Shown here in pieces: positions 1 through 10,280 of a stretch of 64,000 nt of DNA. A model generated the notes under the pieces. It saw only the letters and a program-made list of their open reading frames with translations. It had not been told where the DNA came from and ran no database searches. Position numbers and translations under genes: made by a program. Source of the stretch: an uncultured Clostridia bacterium (GTDB taxonomy: Bacteria > Bacillota > Clostridia > TANB77 > CAG-508); the NCBI GenBank assembly GCA_934121905.1, contig CAKOVI010000001.1, positions 24,847-88,846 of the forward strand. The letters are read 5' to 3'. Each line of letters starts with the position of its first letter. The stretch's first letter is position 1.

Positions 1-357
1 TAGAATTTCATAATGTCAGTTGGTTTAATTTTGGTAATATAAAAATGTCCGAAATATGGTATAAGTCTTGTTTCTAACATTCTACAATATCGTTTGTATG
101 TTGAAGGAGCAAGTTCTTTTGAGCCATAATCTCTTTTCCATATTTCAGTAAATTCAGAAAATTTAAGAGATTTACCATCAATTACGAAACCATTTTGTAC
201 TTCAGTAACAAATTTTGCTAGTTCAACTTCTGCATCTTTTTTAGTTCCATGTACTGTTTTTCTGTGTATCATAGGTTTTCCGTTTAGGTCAAATCCTTCT
301 GATACTGTTAGCCTGTAACTATTTTTTCCTCTTTTTTCTATACTCCCAGCCATTACT
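1..357 (-). CDS. int: Tyrosine-type site-specific integrase, N-terminal part (gene continues off the left edge)
   Basis: The reverse-complement translation is MAGSIEKRGKNSYRLTVSEGFDLNGKPMIHRKTVHGTKKDAEVELAKF..., which is a typical phage/ICE integrase N-terminal SAM-like domain. The start codon is at 355-357 with an RBS (ggaggtg) upstream on the minus strand. Confidence 0.8.
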
Positions 358-595
358 TATTTCACCTCCTTTCAAGTATGCCTATGGTGGGAGGAGTACG
401 TGTATAATTGTTAACAACATTATTATACAACAATAGTTAACAAATTGCAATAGATTTCAAAAATAAACTTAAAAAATTTATAAATGTAATAAAATGTAAA
501 AAATGTCGAAAATTTGAAAGCTAAAATCCTTTGAAAATACTGGATTATTTACAGAAAATATGATATAATACGACAAATATATAGGAGGAATTTAC

Positions 596-1141
596 ATGAA
601 TATAATAGAATCAGAGATAAGACAAATTTTTGCATCAATAGTATGGAACCATAAAATTCATGAAAAACATAGTGATATTAATTCTTTTTGGTTTAATGTT
701 TTAGAATTTTGCAAGATATTATCTTCAGCAATTACTACATCAGGATTATTAACTTGCTTTTTTATTGATGAAGTTGCTTTAAAGATAATTACCACTGTTT
801 TTTCAGCTATATCTCTATTTATAAATACTTTTTATAAAACATATAATTTAAAAGAATCAAGAGATAGTCATAAATTAAGCGCATTAGAATTTTTACAATT
901 AAAAAATGAAACCATTTGTGTATTATCAGATATAAAATTAAATAAGATAGAATTGGATGAAGCTACTAAGAAGAGAGATGAGATATTATTAAAATATCAT
1001 AATATATGCAAGAAAAGCTTATCTACATGTGATAGAGCTGTAAAAAAAGCATCAAATGCTTTAAAAATACAAAAAGATAATACATTTTCAGATGAAGAAA
1101 TAGATAGCTATTTACCTGTAGAGCTTAGAAAGGGAAAATAA
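596..1141 (+). CDS. SLATT-like 2-TM effector protein
   Basis: 181 aa with two hydrophobic helices (FWFNVLEFCKILSSAITTSGLLTCFF and ALKIITTVFSAISLFINTFY) followed by a helical tail. Its stop overlaps the start of the downstream nucleotidyltransferase (TAAATG), and an RBS (aggagg) lies upstream. Confidence 0.55.
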   Translation: MNIIESEIRQIFASIVWNHKIHEKHSDINSFWFNVLEFCKILSSAITTSGLLTCFFIDEVALKIITTVFSAISLFINTFYKTYNLKESRDSHKLSALEFLQLKNETICVLSDIKLNKIELDEATKKRDEILLKYHNICKKSLSTCDRAVKKASNALKIQKDNTFSDEEIDSYLPVELRKGK

Positions 1142-2440
1142 ATGATTAAAGATGATTTTTGTGATTTCTGTAACAACATAAAACTAGATAATTTTGAAGA
1201 TATGAAAACAACAGTAAAAGGCATTACAAAAAAACTAAATAAACATTATTATGACATAGATGATGACGAATCTAATATGTATATTGTAGGTTCAGTTGGT
1301 AGAACTACAGCAATAAAAAATACAAGTGATTTGGACATACTTTTTAATCTACCTAAGAGTGTTTATGATAGAATAAATGATAATGATGGAAATAAACAAT
1401 CTCAATTATTACAAGAAGTAAAAAATGTATTGAAAGAAAAATATCCTAATACAGACTTAAAAGGTGATGGACAAGTTGTAGTAATAAACTTTACAAAATA
1501 CACAGTAGAATTAGTTCCAGGATTTAAGCAAAATGATGATTCACTTAAATATCCAGATACAAATGATGGAGGAAGCTGGAAGATTACAAATCCAATTCCA
1601 GAAATAGACGAATGTAAGAAAAAAGATGATGACACAAATGGAAATTTTACAAATATATGTCATATGCTTAGATCATGGAAAAACAAAAAAGGATTTAAAT
1701 TTAAAGGCTTATTAATTGACACTTTGACTAATAATTTCCTTGAAAAGAAGAAGGAATATCAAAATTGTGGATATGAAAATTATTTAAATCTAGTTAAAGA
1801 TATTTTTGAGTTTTTAAAGAATGAAGATAAAGATAAGAGTTATTGGTTTGCAATAGGAAGTAATCAAAAAATATATAATGATGATGGAGGAAAATTCGTA
1901 AAAAAAGCCACAAAAGCTTATAACAAAATTAAAGATTTAAATGAGGATTCTAAAAATTTAAATAAAGAATTAAGGAATCTTTTGGGAAAAGAATTTCCTA
2001 AAGCACAAAATGAGGAAGAAGAAAAAGAACAATACGCTTATGATCATACAGAAGAATTTATTGAAGATGAATATCCTGTTGATGTAGTATTAAATTTAAA
2101 ATTGGATTGTATAGTAACACAAGATGGATTCCGCCCAGCTAGTTTAAGGGATATGATAACAAATCATGTGCTTCTAAAGAGGGATAAAAAATTAGAATTT
2201 TACATAGTAAATAAAGCAGAAATTATGAATTATGGTATAGATAAAATTCTTTGGAAAGTAAAAAACGAAGGAGATTTAGCTAAACAAAAAAACGATATTA
2301 GGGGACAAATTTTAGAAACAAATAGTTATACACATACTGAATATTCTAAATTTGATGGTGACCATTATGTTGAAGCATATATAATAAAAAATGATGTATG
2401 TATAGCTAAAGGAAAAATTGATGTTCCAATAAGGGTTTAA
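1142..2440 (+). CDS. SMODS/CD-NTase-like Pol-beta superfamily nucleotidyltransferase with a C-terminal domain of unknown function
   Basis: It carries the GS-x9-DxD motif (GSVGRTTAIKNTSDLDILF) and a downstream acidic residue (TVELVP), which is the classical minimal nucleotidyltransferase signature. It is translationally coupled to the SLATT gene. Confidence 0.7.
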   Translation: MIKDDFCDFCNNIKLDNFEDMKTTVKGITKKLNKHYYDIDDDESNMYIVGSVGRTTAIKNTSDLDILFNLPKSVYDRINDNDGNKQSQLLQEVKNVLKEKYPNTDLKGDGQVVVINFTKYTVELVPGFKQNDDSLKYPDTNDGGSWKITNPIPEIDECKKKDDDTNGNFTNICHMLRSWKNKKGFKFKGLLIDTLTNNFLEKKKEYQNCGYENYLNLVKDIFEFLKNEDKDKSYWFAIGSNQKIYNDDGGKFVKKATKAYNKIKDLNEDSKNLNKELRNLLGKEFPKAQNEEEEKEQYAYDHTEEFIEDEYPVDVVLNLKLDCIVTQDGFRPASLRDMITNHVLLKRDKKLEFYIVNKAEIMNYGIDKILWKVKNEGDLAKQKNDIRGQILETNSYTHTEYSKFDGDHYVEAYIIKNDVCIAKGKIDVPIRV

Positions 2441-2461
2441 AAGAAAGCGAGAAAATATAAG

Positions 2462-3364
2462 ATGAATTTTGAATTAAATTTAATAGAGAATTCATATGAT
2501 TATATTAAAGAAACATTATACTATTATAAAAAGATAGGATATGGTGAAAGCCATGATGAAGATAGAAATTCTATAGAAGAAAAAAGAAAGTGGAAAACAA
2601 CATTTATATTATTGGTTCAAGCAATTGAATTACTATTAAAAGAAGCTCTGTTTAGAATTAACGAAAGTTTGATTTATGAAAATATTGATGAGAAAATTAG
2701 CGATAAAGCAAAAACTATAACATATTCGAAATCGATAGCAAGATTGCAAAATTTAAAGCCAAAATTGTTTTCACAAAATGAAACTGATTTATTGATTACT
2801 TGTGGTAATATAAGAAATAATTTTATTCATTTTAAAGTAAATGCTAATTCGATTGAAATAAAAAGAAAATATTGTAAGTTATTTGAGCTTTATATAAAAT
2901 TACACTATAGAATTTTTCACCATAAATATCAAAATGAAGAATATAAATATGTTATTGAGAATATTTTACATAATGCAAAGGATTTTGAGGTTTTTAGAGG
3001 AATTGAGTTTACTAAAAAACAATTAAAACAGTTTAAAGAGGATATTGAGGAAAATCAATACTATTCGTATATACTTACAAAAGATAATAATGCATATAAG
3101 AGAATAAAATATGGAGATGAAGACAAATTTTATAATTATAAGTTCAATACGAATGATTCATATTATTCAATTGATTGCAAGTACTGTGGCGATTGTGGAG
3201 CTAAAAAAGGAGAAATTCATCTAGATGGATGTGACTGGGAAATGTGTCCTATATGTGGGCATCAATTAATATCATGTGATTGTGAATGGGGTGAATATAT
3301 TTCTGATGACTATTTACTTGAAAATGATATAAGAGATATTATAGATTATGAAATGATTATATAA
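2462..3364 (+). CDS. HEPN-like protein (RNNFIH = Rx4H motif) with a C-terminal Cys-rich zinc ribbon
   Basis: The motif GNIRNNFIHF is present. The C-terminus is CKYCGDCGAKKGEIHLDGCDWEMCPICGHQLISCDCEW. It starts 22 bp after the nucleotidyltransferase gene on the same strand. Confidence 0.45.
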   Translation: MNFELNLIENSYDYIKETLYYYKKIGYGESHDEDRNSIEEKRKWKTTFILLVQAIELLLKEALFRINESLIYENIDEKISDKAKTITYSKSIARLQNLKPKLFSQNETDLLITCGNIRNNFIHFKVNANSIEIKRKYCKLFELYIKLHYRIFHHKYQNEEYKYVIENILHNAKDFEVFRGIEFTKKQLKQFKEDIEENQYYSYILTKDNNAYKRIKYGDEDKFYNYKFNTNDSYYSIDCKYCGDCGAKKGEIHLDGCDWEMCPICGHQLISCDCEWGEYISDDYLLENDIRDIIDYEMII

Positions 3365-3390
3365 ATAAGGAAAAGCAATAAACTTTTCCT

Positions 3391-4440
3391 TTATTTGTTT
3401 TCTTCCAACCATTTATCAAATTCTTTATAAGTTTTCTTTTCAGATCTAATGGAATCCATAAATTCCTTAGCTTGCTTTTTCCAATTTTCATAATCAATCT
3501 TATAAACTTCTATATCAGGATTACGGTTTACTAGCATTGCTTTTTTTGCATAAATCTTACGATATTTACCATAAACAATCTCATTTTCTTGTTTAATTCT
3601 TTGAGCAATTTGGTTTCCGATATCTCTACAAGTTTGTTTTCCTTTGTATAAATTATTACAGTAATTAATGCGTGCATTATCTGTTATAAAGTATTTACCA
3701 CAATTCTTACATTTTTTTATAAGATATTTATTATTAAGTACAAATTGAAACAATGTAACATATAAAATTCCATAAATATTGTCATTACTAGAACTATAAT
3801 CTGGTTCAACATCATAATCTGGAGCAGACTTAAAGAATTTGATTAAATCTTTTTCTGTAGATCCTTTAATACCAGATATTGTTCTAAAAGAAAAGCCTTG
3901 TGGCATAGAAAAGTAGTTATTTATAAATCTATCTAGCTTTTTAGCATGAGAGTTATAATAAATATAAAATCTTATTTTAGAAGTAAAATCTTTAATTTCT
4001 TCAATATTATTAATGTTAAATATATAATCAACAAATTCTGATAATAGTTTTTGACCACGTTTTGAGTCATTTTTTATTTCTTCAAAATATTTTTTAAATA
4101 ATTTTTTTACTTTATTAAAAGAATAAAGTTTATTTACTTCAAATTTATTTATATCATCTTCACCAGTATATATGATGTATGAAGTAAAAAACTTAGTAAA
4201 CCACATAAAACAATCATCATAATTATCAAAATTACAATTTAAAAAGTTAATAAGTTCAGTACAAAGTGTCTGAGTGGTAGTTGTAGTATTAATAGTAAAA
4301 TAACCTGTATTAATGTTTTTTAGATTATAATATTTTGGCTTAGATGATTTTGTTTTTGCATATAAAAATGCTTTATGTGTAAGTGTTTCGTTCTTTGAAA
4401 CAAATATACTAATAGCTTCATCAATTTTTAATTTGTTCAT
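3391..4440 (-). CDS. Hypothetical protein with a Cys cluster (CKNCGKYF...C..LYKGKQTCRD)
   Basis: 349-aa ORF with an RBS (ggagg) upstream on the minus strand. I recognise no domain. Confidence 0.5.
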   Translation of the reverse strand: MNKLKIDEAISIFVSKNETLTHKAFLYAKTKSSKPKYYNLKNINTGYFTINTTTTTQTLCTELINFLNCNFDNYDDCFMWFTKFFTSYIIYTGEDDINKFEVNKLYSFNKVKKLFKKYFEEIKNDSKRGQKLLSEFVDYIFNINNIEEIKDFTSKIRFYIYYNSHAKKLDRFINNYFSMPQGFSFRTISGIKGSTEKDLIKFFKSAPDYDVEPDYSSSNDNIYGILYVTLFQFVLNNKYLIKKCKNCGKYFITDNARINYCNNLYKGKQTCRDIGNQIAQRIKQENEIVYGKYRKIYAKKAMLVNRNPDIEVYKIDYENWKKQAKEFMDSIRSEKKTYKEFDKWLEENK

Positions 4441-4589
4441 AATTCCTCCATTAACAGTTTACGAAATTCAATAAAGTTAACCTGCTATCAAAATACACTA
4501 AAAAGTATTTACAAAGTTAACTACAAACAATATAATACAATTGTTAACAAAAGTCAATATTAAATTACAAAAAAACAGGAGGTGATATT

Positions 4590-4787
4590 ATGGAACTACA
4601 AAAGATTCAAAGAACAACACTAACGATGAAAGAAGCAAGTGGGTATTTAGGAATTTCTTATTGGTTAATTAATCAACTAGTAAGAAGAAAGCAAATACCA
4701 TGTTCTAAAGTTGGTGGAAAATATTTATTTAGAGTACAAGCTTTAGATGAATATTTATCAAAAATGGAACAAGAATCAATTGATTAG
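4590..4787 (+). CDS. xis: Excisionase/MerR-like helix-turn-helix DNA-binding protein (Xis-like)
   Basis: 65 aa with the motif MKEASGYLGISYWLINQLVRRKQIPCSKVGGKYLF, typical of the excisionase-family HTH. An RBS (aggagg) lies upstream. Confidence 0.7.
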   Translation: MELQKIQRTTLTMKEASGYLGISYWLINQLVRRKQIPCSKVGGKYLFRVQALDEYLSKMEQESID

Positions 4788-4815
4788 ATTCAAAAGAAAG
4801 TGGGGAAAGGGGGAT

Positions 4816-5325
4816 ATGGCTAATTTACAATGGTTAAAATTATCTACGGATTTTTTTGATAATAACAAAATAAAATTGCTAGAAAGTGAAAAGGATGGGG
4901 ATACAATAATTAGAGTATGGATACAACTTTTAATAACAGCAATGAAATGTAATTATCAAGGCAGATTATCACTAACAGAAGATAAACCGATGACAGTTGA
5001 TGAATTTTCAAAGATTATGGGAAAGTCTAGGAAAAAAATCACAAAATGTTTGGAAAAATTTGAAGAATTAAAAATGATTATTATAGAAGATAATTTTTAT
5101 AAAATCAAAAACTGGTCTAAGTACCAAAGTGCTGATAAACTTGAAGAAATCAGACTACAAAATTGTTTAAGACAGCAAAAATATCGTGAAAAAATGAAAA
5201 GTGAAAAAGAAAAAAGTAACGTTACAGTAACGCAACGTAACACTAAAGAAGAGAAAAAGATTAGAAATAAAATAAAACAAGAAGGAGATGAGAATAGAAG
5301 TGGATTTAAAGAATTCAAATTATAA
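4816..5325 (+). CDS. Phage replisome organizer N-terminal domain protein
   Basis: MANLQWLKLSTDFFDNNKIKLLE... matches the phage_rep_org_N signature. The ATG at 4816 is preceded by gggaaaggggg. Confidence 0.7.
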   Translation: MANLQWLKLSTDFFDNNKIKLLESEKDGDTIIRVWIQLLITAMKCNYQGRLSLTEDKPMTVDEFSKIMGKSRKKITKCLEKFEELKMIIIEDNFYKIKNWSKYQSADKLEEIRLQNCLRQQKYREKMKSEKEKSNVTVTQRNTKEEKKIRNKIKQEGDENRSGFKEFKL

Positions 5326-6142
5326 AGTTATCAGCAATGAAGGTGTAAAATGTGGATTCTGTAGTAAAAATTTAAAACCAATTGGATTTGATTATTTATA
5401 TGTAAATTATGATAAAAGCATGATTGAATATGAAAGATGTAATTGTGAAAAAGCAGTTCAATTCTGGAAACAATTTGATTTAGAACAAGAAGAAAAACAA
5501 AGACAAGAAAAGTATAGAAAAATTATAAATAATATTTATAAAGATAACTATATGAAAAAGAGATTACAAAAGTGTAATTTTGAAAATCATGTTGATACAT
5601 ATGAAGATACATCTATTATAAATCAATTAATAAAATTTACAAATTTATGTATTAAATCCGAAATGAAAAATGGATTAATAATTTCTGGAAATATAGGCTA
5701 TGAAAAAACTTATTTAGCAGCTTGTATTGCTAATAAAATGATTGAACAAAACAAAATTGTATTAATGGAAAAAAGTAGCTCTATAATTGATAAAATTAAA
5801 GAATCGTTTAATAAAGATGGACTATCAGAAACGCAAATTATTGGACTATATTCTAATGTAGATATGTTAATTATTGATGATTTTGGTAGTGAAAATTTAA
5901 GCAAATGGGCTTTAGAAAAATTAAATAAAATTATTAGTAATAGATATGATAATGAATTACCAATTGTTATTACAACAAGATATAATAAAGAGCAATTAAT
6001 TGAACAATTATCTACTGAAGATGATACAGAAATTTCAGAAGAAATTGTTGAAGTTCTGAATGAAATGTGTTATGGAATTTCAATTGCAGAAGAAATAAAA
6101 GCAAAAGAAAAAGTTAGCATAAGCGACCAAACTATTTGCTAA
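5288..6142 (+). CDS. DnaC/IstB-like AAA+ helicase-loader ATPase
   Basis: Walker A-like SGNIGYEKTYLAAC and Walker B MLIIDDFG. It overlaps the end of the replisome-organizer gene. The exact start is uncertain (5288 ATG or 5300 GTG). Confidence 0.65.
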   Translation: MRIEVDLKNSNYKVISNEGVKCGFCSKNLKPIGFDYLYVNYDKSMIEYERCNCEKAVQFWKQFDLEQEEKQRQEKYRKIINNIYKDNYMKKRLQKCNFENHVDTYEDTSIINQLIKFTNLCIKSEMKNGLIISGNIGYEKTYLAACIANKMIEQNKIVLMEKSSSIIDKIKESFNKDGLSETQIIGLYSNVDMLIIDDFGSENLSKWALEKLNKIISNRYDNELPIVITTRYNKEQLIEQLSTEDDTEISEEIVEVLNEMCYGISIAEEIKAKEKVSISDQTIC

Positions 6143-6457
6143 CTCAATCTTAAAACCTAATAAAATTATAATATAAATTATAACAATTGTAAATATGAAA
6201 AGTTTGAATTTTTTGTTCAGACTTTTTCTAAAATTTAAACAAAAATTATGAAAAAATGAATAAAAAAATTCCCTCGGAGAGCCAAAAAGGGTTTTAGGGA
6301 TTTTTCCCTAAACAGCAAAAATGGTGTCAAAACACCACGCTGGCGAATATTAGGTACTAAAAAATACTACCTATATTCGAGCAAAATAAATTTTGCTTGT
6401 TATTAATGCTTTGTAAACTAGCATTAATAGATTTTTATAGTAAGGAAGTGATGAAAA

Positions 6458-7081
6458 GTGTACAGAGATTCAGAGCAAGCTTTAGAGAGTATTTTTGTAT
6501 CTTATAATAAAATTTTAAAGAGAATTAAATTGTTGGGTGTTACTACTAAATGTGGAAAAGAAATAACACATGGAGATTTAAGAAAAGCTGTAAATGTAAT
6601 GTTAAAAAAGCATCCAACTTGCAGATGGAGAAGTGAGAAAGTAAAAAGTAGAAAATATTTTATTTTAGATGAAGGATATGCATGGTTGTTACAAGTGTAT
6701 TTTAATAAAGAAAAATCATTAATTGATGCTGATGTAGAATTTTTTGAAGATAGAATAAAACAATATGAAGAATTATTAAAAATAGAGCATGAAGAAAATT
6801 GGTGGAATGAAGATATGGATATAAAACAACTATGTAAGTATTTTAATAGAAAAGAAATTACTATAAGAAAAGCTATTAATAAAATGTGTGATAGTGGATT
6901 AAGTGAATATAAATCTTATACTGATGAAAAAGTTGTTATATCGTGTAAAGGAGTGGAATGGATTTGTAAAAATGTATTTAAACAAAAGTATTTAGAACTA
7001 TTAGAAAAATACAAAATGGAATTGACAGAATTATATATTAAAGCCGGTTATCCATATGATCATTTTTTTCATAGGAATTAA
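6458..7081 (+). CDS. Hypothetical protein (GTG start) upstream of the type I R-M operon
   Basis: 207-aa ORF with no recognisable domain. Confidence 0.4.
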   Translation: MYRDSEQALESIFVSYNKILKRIKLLGVTTKCGKEITHGDLRKAVNVMLKKHPTCRWRSEKVKSRKYFILDEGYAWLLQVYFNKEKSLIDADVEFFEDRIKQYEELLKIEHEENWWNEDMDIKQLCKYFNRKEITIRKAINKMCDSGLSEYKSYTDEKVVISCKGVEWICKNVFKQKYLELLEKYKMELTELYIKAGYPYDHFFHRN

Positions 7082-7170
7082 TTGTAAATATTTAGAAGTA
7101 CCTGTTGAGAAATTTGTCATTTTATGATATAAAATATAATAGAATTATTGTAAATATTCGAGGTGCAAAA

Positions 7171-8673
7171 ATGAAAGAAGAAGAGTTAATAAAATTAGAA
7201 AAAAAATTATGGGAATCTGCTGATAAAATGAGAGGGGCAGTTCCTGTTTCAGATTATAAATTTATAATATTAGGATTAATATTTTTAAAATATATTTCTG
7301 ATGCATTTGAAGAGAAATATCAAATCTTAGTAAAAGATGGTTATGGACTTGAAGAGGATAGGGATAGTTATGAGGCAGATAATGTGTTTTATGTTCCAGC
7401 TAGGGCTAGATGGGAATATTTAAATGCTCATTCTAAGGATCCTCATATAGGACAAATAATTGATGATGCATTGGAAGAAATAGAAAGAGAAAATCCATCT
7501 TTAAAAGGTGTTTTAGTTAAGGAATTTAATAGCCCAAATTATAGAAATGTTAATTTAGGAGAGATAATTGATTTATTTACTAATATAAAAATTGGAAGTA
7601 AAGAAGCACAAGATAAAGATATCTTGGGAAGAATATATGAATATTTCTTAGGACAATTTGCATCTAACGAATTGCAAAAAGGTGGAGAGTTCTATACACC
7701 TGCTTGCTTAGTTAGAACAATGGTTGAGATTCTTGAACCATATCAAGGTAGAATTTATGACCCTGCATGTGGTTCAGGAGGAATGTTTGTACAAAGTATA
7801 AAATTCATTCACAGACACAATGGTAATGCAAGAAATTTAACTATATATGGACAAGAAAAAAATCCAACAACCTGGAAATTAGCAAAGATGAATCTAGCTA
7901 TTAGAGGAATAAATAATGATGGATTAGGAAAGTTTGCAGACGATACATTTCATAACGATTTACACAAAGATTTAAAAGCAGATTTTGTATTAGCAAACCC
8001 TCCATTCAATATTAGTGACTGGGGACAAGAAAAATTATTAGATGATCCTAGATGGAAATATGGAATACCACCAAAAGGAAATGCTAACTTTGCTTGGGTC
8101 GAGCATATGGTATCAAAATTATCTATGAATGGCAAAGCTGCAATAATACTTGCAAATGGTTCTTTATCAGCAGGGGGACAAGAAGAAGTAATCAGAAAAA
8201 ATTTAATAGAAGCAGATTTGGTTGATTGTATATTGTCAATGCCATCAAATTTATTCTATACAGTTACAATACCTTGTAGTATATGGATTTTAAATAGAAA
8301 CAAGAAACAAAAAGGAAAAACATTGTTTATAGATGCAAGAAATTTTGGAACAATGGTAACAAGAAAATTAAGAGAACTAAATGAAGACGATATATCTAAA
8401 ATTGTAGATACATATCATAATTTCCAAAACAATCAAAATTATGAAGATGTAGCAGGATACTGTAAAGTATCTACAATAAAAGAAATAGAAGAAAACAATT
8501 ATGTCCTTACACCAGGTAGATATGTAGGAACAGAAGAACAAGAAGACGATGGAATACCTTTTGAAGAAAAAATGAAAACAATAACAACTGAATTAAAAGC
8601 ACAATTTGAAGAGTCTCATAAGTTGGAAGAAAAAATTAAGAAGAACTTGGAGGCTATTGGGTATGGAATATAA
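7171..8673 (+). CDS. hsdM: Type I restriction-modification system methyltransferase subunit
   Basis: N6-adenine methyltransferase motif IV VLANPPFN, SAM-binding region DPACGSGGMF and an HsdM N-terminal domain. The ATG at 7171 follows the RBS gaggtg. Confidence 0.9.
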   Translation: MKEEELIKLEKKLWESADKMRGAVPVSDYKFIILGLIFLKYISDAFEEKYQILVKDGYGLEEDRDSYEADNVFYVPARARWEYLNAHSKDPHIGQIIDDALEEIERENPSLKGVLVKEFNSPNYRNVNLGEIIDLFTNIKIGSKEAQDKDILGRIYEYFLGQFASNELQKGGEFYTPACLVRTMVEILEPYQGRIYDPACGSGGMFVQSIKFIHRHNGNARNLTIYGQEKNPTTWKLAKMNLAIRGINNDGLGKFADDTFHNDLHKDLKADFVLANPPFNISDWGQEKLLDDPRWKYGIPPKGNANFAWVEHMVSKLSMNGKAAIILANGSLSAGGQEEVIRKNLIEADLVDCILSMPSNLFYTVTIPCSIWILNRNKKQKGKTLFIDARNFGTMVTRKLRELNEDDISKIVDTYHNFQNNQNYEDVAGYCKVSTIKEIEENNYVLTPGRYVGTEEQEDDGIPFEEKMKTITTELKAQFEESHKLEEKIKKNLEAIGYGI

Positions 8674-9844
8674 AAAATTAGAGGATATAATAGAATTTAA
8701 TCCAACTGAAACATTAAAAAAAGGAACTGTATCTAAAAAAATTCCAATGGACAAATTGGGCGTGTTTTCAAAATATATAAATTCTTTTGATATAGAAAAA
8801 TACAATGGAGGTATGAAATTTAGAAATGGAGATACCTTATTGGCAAGAATAACACCATGCTTGGAAAATGGAAAAACATCAAAAGTTACAATTTTAGATG
8901 AAGAAGAAGTTGGTTTTGGTTCTACAGAATATATTGTTATGAGAAGTAAAAAGAATATTTCAGATGAAGATTTTATTTTTTATCTTGCAATAAGTCCAAA
9001 ATTTAGAGAAATTGCAATTAAATCTATGACTGGAACATCAGGAAGACAGAGAGTACAATTAGATGTTGTAAAAAATACTGAAATGTTAATACCAAGCTAT
9101 GAAGAGCAGATTAAAATTGGTAAAGTTTTGTCTAGTATAGATAAAAGAATAGAGCTGAATAATCAGATAAATGATAATTTGTCAGAACAATTAAAGCAAA
9201 TATTTAATAATAAATTCTATGATAAAATCCAAAATAATGATTGCAGTGAATTTAAAGAATATATTTTATATGATGTATTAGATGTTATTGACAATAGAGG
9301 TAAAACACCTAAATTAGTTGAAGTTAGTAATTATCCTATTATTGATGTAAGAGCTATATCAGGAGAGAATAGAATTATAGACTATAAACAATGCCAAAAA
9401 TATGTGGATGATGAAGTTTATAATACGTTTTTTAGAAGTGGACATCCTAAAATAAATGATATTTTAATTTCAACAGTTGGTAGTCTTGCAGAAATGAAAA
9501 TATATATGGAAAACAAAGGTACTATAGCTCAGAATGTTGTAGCATTAAGAAGCAAATATGATTATCCTATGTATATATATCAATATTTAAAAGCAATAAA
9601 AAATGATTTAATTTCTTATAATATAGGAAGTGTACAGCCAAGTATTAAAGTAACACAATTTATGAAACATAATATATATATTCCTAAAGATAAAGAACTA
9701 TACGAATTTGAAAATATTGCAAAATTATATACCGATAAGATGTTTAATATTTCAAAGGAAAATGAAACATTAGAACAATTAAGAGATACACTATTACCAA
9801 AACTCATGAATGGAGAAATAGATCTAGATAAAATAGAAATATAA
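8663..9844 (+). CDS. hsdS: Type I restriction-modification system specificity subunit (two target-recognition domains)
   Basis: It overlaps the hsdM stop. Two repeated target-recognition halves are separated by conserved helical spacer motifs (IPSYEEQIKIGKVLSSID... and LRDTLLPKLMNGEI). Confidence 0.85.
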   Translation: MEYKKLEDIIEFNPTETLKKGTVSKKIPMDKLGVFSKYINSFDIEKYNGGMKFRNGDTLLARITPCLENGKTSKVTILDEEEVGFGSTEYIVMRSKKNISDEDFIFYLAISPKFREIAIKSMTGTSGRQRVQLDVVKNTEMLIPSYEEQIKIGKVLSSIDKRIELNNQINDNLSEQLKQIFNNKFYDKIQNNDCSEFKEYILYDVLDVIDNRGKTPKLVEVSNYPIIDVRAISGENRIIDYKQCQKYVDDEVYNTFFRSGHPKINDILISTVGSLAEMKIYMENKGTIAQNVVALRSKYDYPMYIYQYLKAIKNDLISYNIGSVQPSIKVTQFMKHNIYIPKDKELYEFENIAKLYTDKMFNISKENETLEQLRDTLLPKLMNGEIDLDKIEI

Positions 9845-9883
9845 TCATACAAATTATGATTTGCATAAAAAAGGAGGAATACT

Positions 9884-10258
9884 ATGAATTCAAATTATGA
9901 AAAGAAAAAACATCAACTTACTGGAGATATTTTATGGAAAATAAACGATATTGATTTAGCTATAACAGATGGTGGATCATCAATTGTAAAAGATTTTATA
10001 GATGAAAATAGATATGATGATTATACTTTATCTATATATGATGAAATAACTAAAAATACAATTGAAATTGATGCAAAAATAAATGAAATGCCTATAATTG
10101 TTTCAATGGTATATAAAGTAGAACATGCAACACCGATGACTTTTATAGGTGTAAATAAATTAACAAAGTCATATGTTGTTGGTATGAATTTGACAAAGGG
10201 GCATATAGAATTTGGAAGCTATAGGTATATAAATGGAAAACTAAACAAAGTTGAGTAA
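9884..10258 (+). CDS. Hypothetical small protein embedded between hsdS and hsdR
   Basis: 124-aa ORF with a strong RBS (aaaggagg). Confidence 0.5.
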   Translation: MNSNYEKKKHQLTGDILWKINDIDLAITDGGSSIVKDFIDENRYDDYTLSIYDEITKNTIEIDAKINEMPIIVSMVYKVEHATPMTFIGVNKLTKSYVVGMNLTKGHIEFGSYRYINGKLNKVE

Positions 10259-10280
10259 ACTATAATTTAGGGGGCAAATT

